A DNA stretch of 50,184 nt from a virus. Its lineage: Duplodnaviria > Caudoviricetes. A program made the translations under genes and the position numbers. The notes beneath the pieces are model-generated. The model had not been told where the DNA came from, did no database searches, and saw nothing but the letters and a program-made list of their open reading frames with translations. Location: positions 1-50,184 of IMG/VR virus record IMGVR_UViG_3300027874_000015. The stretch is one strand, 5' to 3'. This document shows positions 32,562-40,497 of this stretch, piece by piece; the first letter of the stretch is position 1; each line of letters opens with the position of its first letter.

Positions 32562-32589
32562 TTGCATTCTGGAAGATACTTCCTACATT
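32561..32589 (+). promoter_or_regulatory. Promoter P2 with the same palindromic operator
   Basis: cTTGCAT-tctGGAAGATACTTCC-TACATT. Confidence 0.75.
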
Positions 32590-32611
32590 AAACTAGACGA
32601 AAGGAAACCCA

Positions 32612-33019
32612 ATGAACCTCTATCGCAACGAAGGCTCCATTGCCAAATTCAACGCCCAGCGCAACTTGTCGGGCCGTACCCACTACGTCGATGACGACAC
32701 CCTGAAATGGCACAAGTCGCGCGTCCTGTCAGCGCGCGCTACTGATAACGGCTTGCTGTTCGCCATCGTCACCAGTGACGCGCTCGACATGCACAACACC
32801 AAGCGCGGCTACCGGTTCGTGATCTTCGACCTGTTCGGCCACGTGCTGGAACGGCCCGACCTGGAGAACACTTTCAGCTCTTCCCGCGCCGCCGAAAAGG
32901 CAATGTGGAAAGCGCTCAACGCCATCGACGCCAAAGCGCATACTATTAAGGCCATCGCCGAGTCCCGCAAACACTACGCCGAGGAAATGGATCGGCTCGA
33001 AGAGGAGGTAAACAAATGA
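32612..33019 (+). CDS. Small hypothetical protein (cassette)
   Basis: 135 aa, first gene after P2, same RBS motif. Confidence 0.75.
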   Translation: MNLYRNEGSIAKFNAQRNLSGRTHYVDDDTLKWHKSRVLSARATDNGLLFAIVTSDALDMHNTKRGYRFVIFDLFGHVLERPDLENTFSSSRAAEKAMWKALNAIDAKAHTIKAIAESRKHYAEEMDRLEEEVNK

Positions 33020-33213
33020 AGTATTCAGTCCGCTGCGGCTATCGCACCGATGGGGGCATGCTCACCTCGGCCCCCACCCACTTCGACACCGTCATTGTCG
33101 AAGCTATTGATCCCACTGAAGCACGCATAAAGGCCATCCATGTCCTGTACGCCAAGCATCAGCAACCGAATCTCTCTCACGTCCAGCCCGGCAAACCAGT
33201 CGAGCTGAAATGA
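33016..33213 (+). CDS. Small hypothetical protein (cassette)
   Basis: 65 aa, GGAGG RBS, ATGA overlap. Confidence 0.65.
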   Translation: MKYSVRCGYRTDGGMLTSAPTHFDTVIVEAIDPTEARIKAIHVLYAKHQQPNLSHVQPGKPVELK

Positions 33214-33238
33214 CCGACAACCCTGAAAGGAAACCACC

Positions 33239-33514
33239 ATGGGCTTGGCCAAATACCGCAGCGACAAGGCCACCACGCAATCGGACGGCGCCATCCTGTG
33301 GCACGCCCACTGGATGGGCGGCCCCAGCCTCGCCAAGATCGAGAACTGCCGGCTGTCAAACCTCGTCGGCGACATGCGCGCCACCGTGTATGTGCAAGGC
33401 GAGCCCGACACCTACTTCTCGATCCCCGCCAAGTGCTACCTCGGCGGCAAGATCATCACCGGCTACGTCACCAACGACGACGGCCTGCTGGTGTTCCGAC
33501 ACTGCTACTACTGA
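33239..33514 (+). CDS. Small hypothetical protein (cassette)
   Basis: 91 aa, GAAAGGAAACCA RBS. Confidence 0.75.
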   Translation: MGLAKYRSDKATTQSDGAILWHAHWMGGPSLAKIENCRLSNLVGDMRATVYVQGEPDTYFSIPAKCYLGGKIITGYVTNDDGLLVFRHCYY

Positions 33515-33526
33515 AAGGAAACCAAC

Positions 33527-33730
33527 ATGAACGATCTGATCCTGCGCAACCACGGCTCGATCTGCCTGTTGTGCGCCATCACGCCTGCCGGCCAGGACTG
33601 GCTTGACGAGCACATCTGCCAGAACGACGAGACGCAATACTGGGGCAAGGCCATCGTGGTCGAACCGCGCTACGTCGAGCCTATTCTCACCGGCGCCGTC
33701 AATGACGGCCTGAAAGTCCAGATGAGGTAA
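33527..33730 (+). CDS. Small hypothetical protein (cassette)
   Basis: 67 aa, GAAAGGAAACCA RBS. Confidence 0.75.
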   Translation: MNDLILRNHGSICLLCAITPAGQDWLDEHICQNDETQYWGKAIVVEPRYVEPILTGAVNDGLKVQMR

Positions 33731-33736
33731 ACCACC

Positions 33737-33880
33737 ATGCCCCGTTCAGAATTGCGCAAGCTTGCCGAGGACCTTTATGATCTCAACATCAACAAAGACC
33801 CGAACACGATGCTGAACGCCGTGCTCAGCATCCGCAGCGCCCTTCTGAGGGTGGTGCGCCACCTGGAGCAAAAAGAATGA
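33737..33880 (+). CDS. 47-aa helical protein (MPRSELRKLAEDLYDL...)
   Basis: GAGGT RBS; ATGA overlap with the HTH gene; below the ORF-track cutoff. Confidence 0.6.
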   Translation: MPRSELRKLAEDLYDLNINKDPNTMLNAVLSIRSALLRVVRHLEQKE

Positions 33881-34077
33881 CCCCACGCGAGCTGGAGCAA
33901 GCCCTGGAGCAACTGCGCATGTCCGATATCACCTTCGGACAATTGATCAAATACGACCAGCGCTCGGTGCGCTCCTGGCGCTCCGGCCAGTATCCCATCC
34001 CCTACCCGGTGGCCGTGCTCGCAAGGCTGCTCGTCACCGGCAGGATCACCACCCAGGACGTAAAGGAAACCAGATGA
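33877..34077 (+). CDS. XRE-like HTH regulator (Aca-like)
   Basis: MTPRELEQALEQLRMSDITFGQLIKYDQRSVRSWRSGQYPIPYPVAVLARLL; last full gene of the cassette. Confidence 0.75.
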   Translation: MTPRELEQALEQLRMSDITFGQLIKYDQRSVRSWRSGQYPIPYPVAVLARLLVTGRITTQDVKETR

Positions 34078-34100
34078 GCTACGAATACATGACACTAACG

Positions 34101-34128
34101 ACGGCCCCTTTAGGGGCCGTTTTCTTTT
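34101..34128 (+). terminator. Intrinsic terminator closing the plus-strand cassette
   Basis: acggcccc-ttta-ggggccgt followed by tttctttt, at a convergent gene junction. Confidence 0.7.
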
Positions 34129-34313
34129 AGCCCGAGCGCCACCAGCTGGGCTGGAGTAAGACCGGCGCGCCGCGCCACCGCAAGCCCGATCTCGCGCGCA
34201 CGTTTCTCGTCGCCGGCCGCCAGGATCGGCTCGTGCAGGTTCCTGTCCTGCAGCGGCGCACCCTTCTTCAGGTAAAAGAATTCCTTACTTTTTCCGCTTG
34301 GCGACGTAGGCAT
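34110..34313 (-). CDS. Small protein overlapping the end of the MuF fusion (possible partner/immunity)
   Basis: 67 aa, 29-nt overlap with the upstream gene. Confidence 0.55.
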   Translation of the reverse strand: MPTSPSGKSKEFFYLKKGAPLQDRNLHEPILAAGDEKRAREIGLAVARRAGLTPAQLVALGLKENGP

Positions 34314-37300
34314 TGAACCGATCCATCGTTTCCTTGTCTTTCAAGTTCAACTCACCGTACCAATCCGAATTGAGCAGCAGCTCCTTGCCGCGCTTGGAAT
34401 CGGCAATCGCCCACACCGCCTTCGGATCACTGCTGTGCGCCAGCGCCAGCAGTCCCTCGCGGGTATCCTTGTCGACCTCGACCTCTTCTTCATCTTCCTC
34501 CGGCTCGTATTCGATCTCCGGCAATACACCGTTGCGATCCGCCCAATTGAAACGCTCATGATCGCCCAAACCGTCCCAGTATTCACGCTGGTACTCACTG
34601 ACGTTCTCGCGGATGTAATCCGGCGGCTCGGTGTCGGCGGCATTGCTCTCCGCTTCGGCGTTGAACTTCTTGACCAGCGCTGTCTCGATGTGAGACCGCA
34701 TGTCCTCGGTCAGATATTCGTGCGGCTTGACCGGCTCGAACCCCGGCAACGTGCCCTGCGCCGGCACGTAGCCCTTCGGGTTCGTCAGCTTATCATCGTT
34801 CCAGGTGATGTCAGGATCGGCGCGGCCATCACCATAACGATCGCTGTACGTCATCTCGATAGCGTCGAGCAGCTGCTTGTCATCGAATGGAATCGGCTTG
34901 TCCGACCAGTCGCGTGCCTGATCGAGCGCATCATGCGCCCACAGCCCGGCGATGGTGCCACCCTGACCGCGCTCATCAAACACACCGGCCAGATCTTCCT
35001 TGGCTCTGTGCAGCGCATCTCCACTGTCACGCCAGTTCTCGATCTCACTGTCAATGAATTCTGACTCAGTCTGACGCATGAACTCGCGCTCGACCTCGTC
35101 CTGCTGGTCCGAACTCATTTCGTCCCAGCTGCCAGGATACTCGCCGGAGCCGCCGCCGCTGCGTCTGCCGCCACCCGTTAAACGCCGCTCGATCTTGTCA
35201 CTCAGCTCTGACCACGAGCCACGTGTTGGCACGTAGCCATACTTGGCCCAAGCGTAGCCGCCGACATCGATGTTGGCGTGGACCGCGACCTTGTCGAGCC
35301 CGAGCTTCTGGTACATCGCGACATTGGCAGCGAGCATTTCCTTGCCAATATTGTGGCCCTGTTCGCTACCGTAAAGCTTGAAGTATTCCGACGACGCCTT
35401 GTTCTTGTCGAGATCGATCTTGCGCACATACTCACCGATTGTCCTATTGCTTTCGCTGAGCAGGTTGCCTTGAATGTGCAGGGTGTTGTCGTATTCCTGG
35501 TATCTGATCCCCATCGTGCTAGGCAACCCGCCGAGGAAATCGTGCTTGAACTGCTCAGGTGGCATGTCGACCTTGTCATTCCACTGCTGCAGAAACTTCT
35601 CTTGCCGCTTCGGATCGGATCGCGTCGACGAATCGATGGTGACATCGGCTTTGACGAAGTCGGAAATCTCAGCCTTTTTCTTGGCGCCGATCTTGGCCAG
35701 CGCGCGGACGTATTCAGGCGCCGCCGCGCCGCCAGACGGCCCCGACGTGAACTGGCCGCCTTCGGGCGATCCGCCGGGGAGATGATAGGGATTGAAATCT
35801 ACAGATTGCCAATCGCGCGCGCCTGAGCGAGGATGAAGTCCGCCTTCGCCTGGGTCAGACCACTCCGCCCGCGGTAGCTCTCCCCGATGATCTTGCGCTC
35901 TTCCGCCGTGTACCGCGAGAGATCGACTGCGCTGTTTGGCGGCGTCCCAATCAGTTTCGCGGTGGTCGGTGATTCTGACTTCATCCCATCCATCACGGCC
36001 CATTGCCTTCTTGATAGCAGCGTCCCGGCCGCTCGCCGGCCAGCCTTTCCAAGCCATGAATACCACATCCGGCTGGTCCATTCCAGGCTTGTACCAGGGC
36101 GCAAATTCCGGATTGAACGTCATTCGCCCAGTTTCTTCGAACCCGAGCTGGTGATAGAAATTGTTCAAGTGACCATCATAGCAATCCAATACGCGGCCCC
36201 CGCGATCAATGGCAGCCGCCATTGCCAATGCACCGGCACCCTTCGGCCCTCCATTGTTGAACACGTTCTGAATATCGCCATCCGGCGAAACAGCGGCGCC
36301 GACCGTGTGATCAGCATTCATGAGCAGCGTATGGTTCTTCAAATCCTCGGCCGTCACATGGCTGAGAAATTCCGGCCGTGAACTTTTATCGCGGGCAGCA
36401 ATGAATCCGACTGCGTCATTCGTGGGTGAAAGATAGCCACCACCGGAAGTCCACCGCCCGCGCGGGTCCCTCGGTTCATCCGGAGGCCCGGCATCACGCA
36501 CCGTGCCCGCCCGTACGAACGTGCACCGGCAATAATTGTGGGCTGGAATCAGCCCCTCGGCCTGGGCCAGCGTGTACGGTCCATCGTCGGCGATTTGCTC
36601 GCAGCGCGGACAGACCTCGTCGTCGCCGGCTGTGAGCACGTCGACACGCCGCGGCAGGACCTTCTTAAGCTTCCGCGACACTGCCTTGATGCGGCGCACG
36701 GTGCGCGCCGACGTTCCACCGCGCGAGCCGGGCCCGGTTTTACGGGGCGCATCGCTAATGGGGAAAAGTCCCTCGCCGGCTCCGTCTTTTCCCCATTGGC
36801 GCACTCGCTCAGGCACGAGGTCGACGTGGGTGGCACCTAGGTTGCGCAGCGCAACCAAAGTGGCCGACGCATGAGCTTTTGCCACAACGAACGCCGCCAT
36901 CGCCCGGGTGCGATTGCGCATTTCCCAGATGATCGGCACCAGGGCGTTGGCTGTGCAGTAAGGGGGCGAACTGCACGACAGGTGATGCGCCACCGCCCGG
37001 GTGAGTTGCTGTTCTGCAACACTCGCGATCCCGCGCAGCTCCGAAACGGCCAGCGCCTGGATTGCCTTAATTCGACTTGGATCGGCGATACCGCCAGCCG
37101 CGCGCTGGGCCTCCCTGGATGCGTTTTCCACAAAAGGGGCTGTCCAGGTGCCGTCGAACCCCAAAAGCTTCTGTCCGACCTCGCCTCGCAGCCAGGAAGC
37201 CCACCCCTCGACCTTGTTCTCGTGCGGCAGCCGGCCGACCCCTTTCAACCCCAGCAGGTCGTGCTCGATCAGTGCCTGCCGGATCGTCTGCGCCAGCAGC

Positions 37301-37443
37301 CGCCAGCGCCGATCACCTTCGGCCCGGAACCGCGCTTCGAGGTAGTGCACCGCCTGCCCGCGCGGATCGCGTGCCGCTCGGTCATAAACCACCTGGACAG
37401 TAACAGGCGCCCGCGGTCCGCACATGCAGAGGTTCATGTTCAT
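34285..37443 (-). CDS. MuF/SPP1-gp7-like minor head protein fused to two GNAT-like domains and an acidic region
   Basis: TAGDDEVCPRC...IPAHNYCRCTF (MuF C-terminal motif) shortly downstream of the portal; GAGALAMAAAIDRGGRVLDCYD...FYHQLGF and QGHNIGKEML...ANIDVGGYAWAKYGY GNAT-like motifs. Confidence 0.75.
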   Translation of the reverse strand: MNMNLCMCGPRAPVTVQVVYDRAARDPRGQAVHYLEARFRAEGDRRWRLLAQTIRQALIEHDLLGLKGVGRLPHENKVEGWASWLRGEVGQKLLGFDGTWTAPFVENASREAQRAAGGIADPSRIKAIQALAVSELRGIASVAEQQLTRAVAHHLSCSSPPYCTANALVPIIWEMRNRTRAMAAFVVAKAHASATLVALRNLGATHVDLVPERVRQWGKDGAGEGLFPISDAPRKTGPGSRGGTSARTVRRIKAVSRKLKKVLPRRVDVLTAGDDEVCPRCEQIADDGPYTLAQAEGLIPAHNYCRCTFVRAGTVRDAGPPDEPRDPRGRWTSGGGYLSPTNDAVGFIAARDKSSRPEFLSHVTAEDLKNHTLLMNADHTVGAAVSPDGDIQNVFNNGGPKGAGALAMAAAIDRGGRVLDCYDGHLNNFYHQLGFEETGRMTFNPEFAPWYKPGMDQPDVVFMAWKGWPASGRDAAIKKAMGRDGWDEVRITDHRETDWDAAKQRSRSLAVHGGRAQDHRGELPRAEWSDPGEGGLHPRSGARDWQSVDFNPYHLPGGSPEGGQFTSGPSGGAAAPEYVRALAKIGAKKKAEISDFVKADVTIDSSTRSDPKRQEKFLQQWNDKVDMPPEQFKHDFLGGLPSTMGIRYQEYDNTLHIQGNLLSESNRTIGEYVRKIDLDKNKASSEYFKLYGSEQGHNIGKEMLAANVAMYQKLGLDKVAVHANIDVGGYAWAKYGYVPTRGSWSELSDKIERRLTGGGRRSGGGSGEYPGSWDEMSSDQQDEVEREFMRQTESEFIDSEIENWRDSGDALHRAKEDLAGVFDERGQGGTIAGLWAHDALDQARDWSDKPIPFDDKQLLDAIEMTYSDRYGDGRADPDITWNDDKLTNPKGYVPAQGTLPGFEPVKPHEYLTEDMRSHIETALVKKFNAEAESNAADTEPPDYIRENVSEYQREYWDGLGDHERFNWADRNGVLPEIEYEPEEDEEEVEVDKDTREGLLALAHSSDPKAVWAIADSKRGKELLLNSDWYGELNLKDKETMDRFNAYVAKRKK
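35799..35984 (-). CDS. Possible nested out-of-frame small protein within the MuF fusion
   Basis: MKSESPTTAKLIG...YTAEERKII...LTQAKADFILAQARAIGNL reads as an amphipathic helical protein where the main frame looks like linker. Confidence 0.4.
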   Translation of the reverse strand: MKSESPTTAKLIGTPPNSAVDLSRYTAEERKIIGESYRGRSGLTQAKADFILAQARAIGNL

Positions 37444-37537
37444 AGCCGCACGTGCCAGTACAGGTTATGGCGGCACGCGCAGGGACCGGTCCGCCAGCCG
37501 ATGCGCTGAAAGTTCGCGCGCCACCACTCGAACCGGA

Positions 37538-37795
37538 TCACAGCGGCAGACCCATCGGGATCGGATGCGGCACGCCGTCGACGTACAGCACGGCCTGCTG
37601 CTTGCCGATGATGGCGCGAAACGTGTGCTCCTCGCCGCTCCCTGGCTTGATCTCCAGCGGCCGCGTCGGCCCGTTGGGATACAGCAGCAGTGAAACGTTG
37701 CAGTTGTTCTCGACTGCGTAGCCCACCGCGATGTAAGCCATGTCGCCAGGATGCGCGAACACGAACGCGCACAATGTGCCGATGATAGTGAACAT
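37538..37795 (-). CDS. Hypothetical protein
   Basis: 85 aa, TGATG-coupled to the portal gene. Confidence 0.5.
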   Translation of the reverse strand: MFTIIGTLCAFVFAHPGDMAYIAVGYAVENNCNVSLLLYPNGPTRPLEIKPGSGEEHTFRAIIGKQQAVLYVDGVPHPIPMGLPL

Positions 37796-39366
37796 CAGCC
37801 TCCCACTGGTCCTGAGTGATCAACGTCTTCAGGACCGGGCTCGGGTTCAGGCGGCGTCTGCGGCCCCTGCGTGCCACGCCCCGGCATGAAGCCGCCGTCA
37901 TCGTCGGGCATCTCAGGTTCGGCGCCGAACTGCTCGATCGCATCGTCGAGACCTGGGTAGGTCCCGTCCTCGATCAGCTGATTGACGACACCTTCACGCA
38001 GCGCGTCCTCGTTGACAATCCCCAGTGACACGTAGATTTGCGTGGCCTGCGCCTTGGTCAATGCCATCTTGGCCTTGTCCTCGGCCTTCATCTGCCACAG
38101 CGGATTCCATTCGTAGTGGATGTTCGGATCTTCGTACCCCAAGGCCGAGCGCATCAGACATTGATCGAGCATGCCCATGCGCGGCGACATCTCGTTCTTC
38201 TGATCCTGAGCGCAGTTGTCGAAATAGTTGGCGCGGTCGTCCTCGCCGCCCGAGGTCGTCCCCGACTGCAGCCCGCGCCCGGTCGCCTGCCCGAACAGCA
38301 CCGACACCGGTATCTCGGCTGCAGCAGACACCACCGTGATGAATTCGTGCAGGATCATCGGCAGGCCGCCATACTGGGTGGCGACACGCTCCCACTCTTC
38401 TTCACGATCGAGCAACAAAGCCGAGATCACGCTTTTACTTTGTGCCGACATCGCAAAGCGTGACAAGAGTCGATCTTTGTATTCCTGGTTCGTCACGCGA
38501 TTGGCAAACTCGGGGATCTTGATGATGTCGAGCTTGCCGTCGTTCACCATCGCGGCGATCGACTGGTTGATCTGGGTGAACTGCGCCATCGTGTCGACGA
38601 CGGTCTGCAGCACACTGTCGCCCCAGCCGGCACCCATCTGCGCCAGCCGCCAGTCCGGCAACTCGTTGCCGGGCATTTCCAGGACTCTCGACGGATGGAT
38701 CTGTGTCATGCCGACCACCACTGGCGGCATCGACACGTTGCTCATCATGGTCTGCGCGCTTCTCTTCAGCGCGACAACGTTCTGGTTGAGCGCGCCGGGC
38801 ACCGCGTTGGTGCCAGGGCTGGTCACACCCATCTCGCCGGCAAAACCAAACATCGGCGTGGAAACCGTGTAGTAAGCCGGCCGCGTATAGTAAGGATCAT
38901 TGACGTTGTAAATTCGGGGCCCGGCATTCAGCTCGTAGCGGTGCAAAACAACAACGTATTTCAGGCAGCCCTTTTTGCAGCGATCCAAATCAATCGGCTC
39001 ACTGGGATCGTTACCGTCATCGACGCCGATCACCAGCGCAGCGCCACCGTACAATCGCGCCTTGGTCAACCAGTCCTTGGTCTTGCGCTTGATGTCGAGC
39101 GTTTTCTCGACCGCCTCGATCGCCTCGATCTGCGCCTGATTGGCCTGCCATGCGCGCCATTCCCGCGTCATGTCCTTGGCCGGCGCATTGACGATCTTCC
39201 TGGCGAGCCAGTCGCCACGGTAAAGGTTTTCTAAAGTATTTCTATCCAATAAACTAAGGTAATACTGAGTTGCCACGTTGGGGTCGATACCGAGCTGTCC
39301 TAAGCCGGTTATTAAATTTCTTAGGGAGTCGTATGCTTGTCTGACGTACCCCATGCTATGCTCCAA
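37795..39366 (-). CDS. Portal protein (DUF1073 type)
   Basis: LYRGDWLARKIVNAPAKDMTREW, ARLYGGA, IHPSRV, WGDSVLQ, IPVSVLFGQ, YEWNPLWQM. Confidence 0.9.
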   Translation of the reverse strand: MEHSMGYVRQAYDSLRNLITGLGQLGIDPNVATQYYLSLLDRNTLENLYRGDWLARKIVNAPAKDMTREWRAWQANQAQIEAIEAVEKTLDIKRKTKDWLTKARLYGGAALVIGVDDGNDPSEPIDLDRCKKGCLKYVVVLHRYELNAGPRIYNVNDPYYTRPAYYTVSTPMFGFAGEMGVTSPGTNAVPGALNQNVVALKRSAQTMMSNVSMPPVVVGMTQIHPSRVLEMPGNELPDWRLAQMGAGWGDSVLQTVVDTMAQFTQINQSIAAMVNDGKLDIIKIPEFANRVTNQEYKDRLLSRFAMSAQSKSVISALLLDREEEWERVATQYGGLPMILHEFITVVSAAAEIPVSVLFGQATGRGLQSGTTSGGEDDRANYFDNCAQDQKNEMSPRMGMLDQCLMRSALGYEDPNIHYEWNPLWQMKAEDKAKMALTKAQATQIYVSLGIVNEDALREGVVNQLIEDGTYPGLDDAIEQFGAEPEMPDDDGGFMPGRGTQGPQTPPEPEPGPEDVDHSGPVGG

Positions 39367-39413
39367 GCGCGACGGCTGAGTGCGTCAACACATAACACAC
39401 GACGAACGCGCTG

Positions 39414-39983
39414 CTAACGCCGCCTGAGACGAAGCGCGATGTCACGAAAGAACGGCTCGCGCTTCTCGACGATCTCGAACAGCTCATCAATGGCCTGATC
39501 GAACTCTTCACGCGAAAAACCAGGATGTCCCATGAACGGCGGGTGGAAGTCGGTGGCGACATAGATGCGCGTGAGATCGAACGCGTAATCGCGGATGTTC
39601 ACCAGAATATCTTTCCAGCCGATCGCGTGATCCAGACAGTTCCAGCACACGATGGTGTCGAACTTGCCAGCGATACGATGCTCGGCCGCTTGACCATGCA
39701 CGATGACACCGTCCCACCACTCAGTAGGAGTGAACTTTGCATACTCGTGCGCCAGCGGCTCGATCACCGTGCACGGCGGGAACATCGGACGCGGTCCGCA
39801 CCCGATGTCCAGAACATTGCCGCTGGGCGACACGAACTCGCGAATCGCCTTGATCTCTTCGTTCAGCTCGACATTGTCATAGTGGCCGTTATCGATCGCG
39901 TGCTGCCACCAATCCCTTTCGAAGGGTTGGTGCACCCGCCGCCACGCCTCCCAGGTCCTCAGCCACTCAGGCGTTATTTCCAT
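39414..39983 (-). CDS. Class I SAM-dependent methyltransferase
   Basis: VLDIGCGP motif; FDTIVCWNCLDH. Confidence 0.75.
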   Translation of the reverse strand: MEITPEWLRTWEAWRRVHQPFERDWWQHAIDNGHYDNVELNEEIKAIREFVSPSGNVLDIGCGPRPMFPPCTVIEPLAHEYAKFTPTEWWDGVIVHGQAAEHRIAGKFDTIVCWNCLDHAIGWKDILVNIRDYAFDLTRIYVATDFHPPFMGHPGFSREEFDQAIDELFEIVEKREPFFRDIALRLRRR

Positions 39984-40167
39984 GCGCGTACTGCCAACGT
40001 GAACACCAGTCGTCCGACGCGACGTTGGGCCAGCACGTGATGAGCTGCTCTGCGAACACCACCACCGCAGGCGGGAATGCGCGGCAGCGACCCCAGCTGT
40101 TGCTGTCGTGCTGCTTGAACGCCTTGCAGTTGACGCACTGCTGCTCGACCGGTTCAATATTGTTCAT
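39967..40167 (-). CDS. Small 4-Cys protein
   Basis: CVNC...CRAFPP...WPNV...DWC. Confidence 0.65.
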   Translation of the reverse strand: MNNIEPVEQQCVNCKAFKQHDSNSWGRCRAFPPAVVVFAEQLITCWPNVASDDWCSRWQYAHGNNA

Positions 40168-40496
40168 GAGATCGTGATCGGCGGCGGCACCACCGGTGGC
40201 GTGGTGTGATAGCGCTGCACCGAGTCCGTCGTCGCGTTCATGAAACCATTGAGCCACGCCAGGAAGATCTGCACCGCGGGCACCGTCACCGGCGGCGGGT
40301 TCGAGCCGACCAGCTGCGCATTGTAGGTCGCGGCTACCCACGCCAGGATCTGCGCAGCATCGGCGTCGGTGAACGTATAATTCTTGGTGCCGTTGAAGAC
40401 ACCGCCAGCGGGCCATGTGAGGTTCGACGGCCAGTTGTTCGGCGGCGTCGATGGCAGCGGCGCAAAACCTGAAGATGTGATTGCAAGCGTGCCCAT
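40164..40496 (-). CDS. Hypothetical protein (fibre-associated)
   Basis: 110 aa, directly after the fibre gene. Confidence 0.55.
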   Translation of the reverse strand: MGTLAITSSGFAPLPSTPPNNWPSNLTWPAGGVFNGTKNYTFTDADAAQILAWVAATYNAQLVGSNPPPVTVPAVQIFLAWLNGFMNATTDSVQRYHTTPPVVPPPITIS

Positions 40497-40497
40497 G

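Noticed and set aside
30958-34072. CRISPR array or attC integron-cassette interpretation of the repeated motif
   Set aside because: The repeats are only about 12 nt, are non-palindromic RBS motifs, and are separated by whole genes; no cas or integrase gene in the window
37795-39366. Anti-CBASS Acb1 label sometimes attached to DUF1073 proteins
   Set aside because: No HxT phosphoesterase domain seen; size and motifs fit a plain portal
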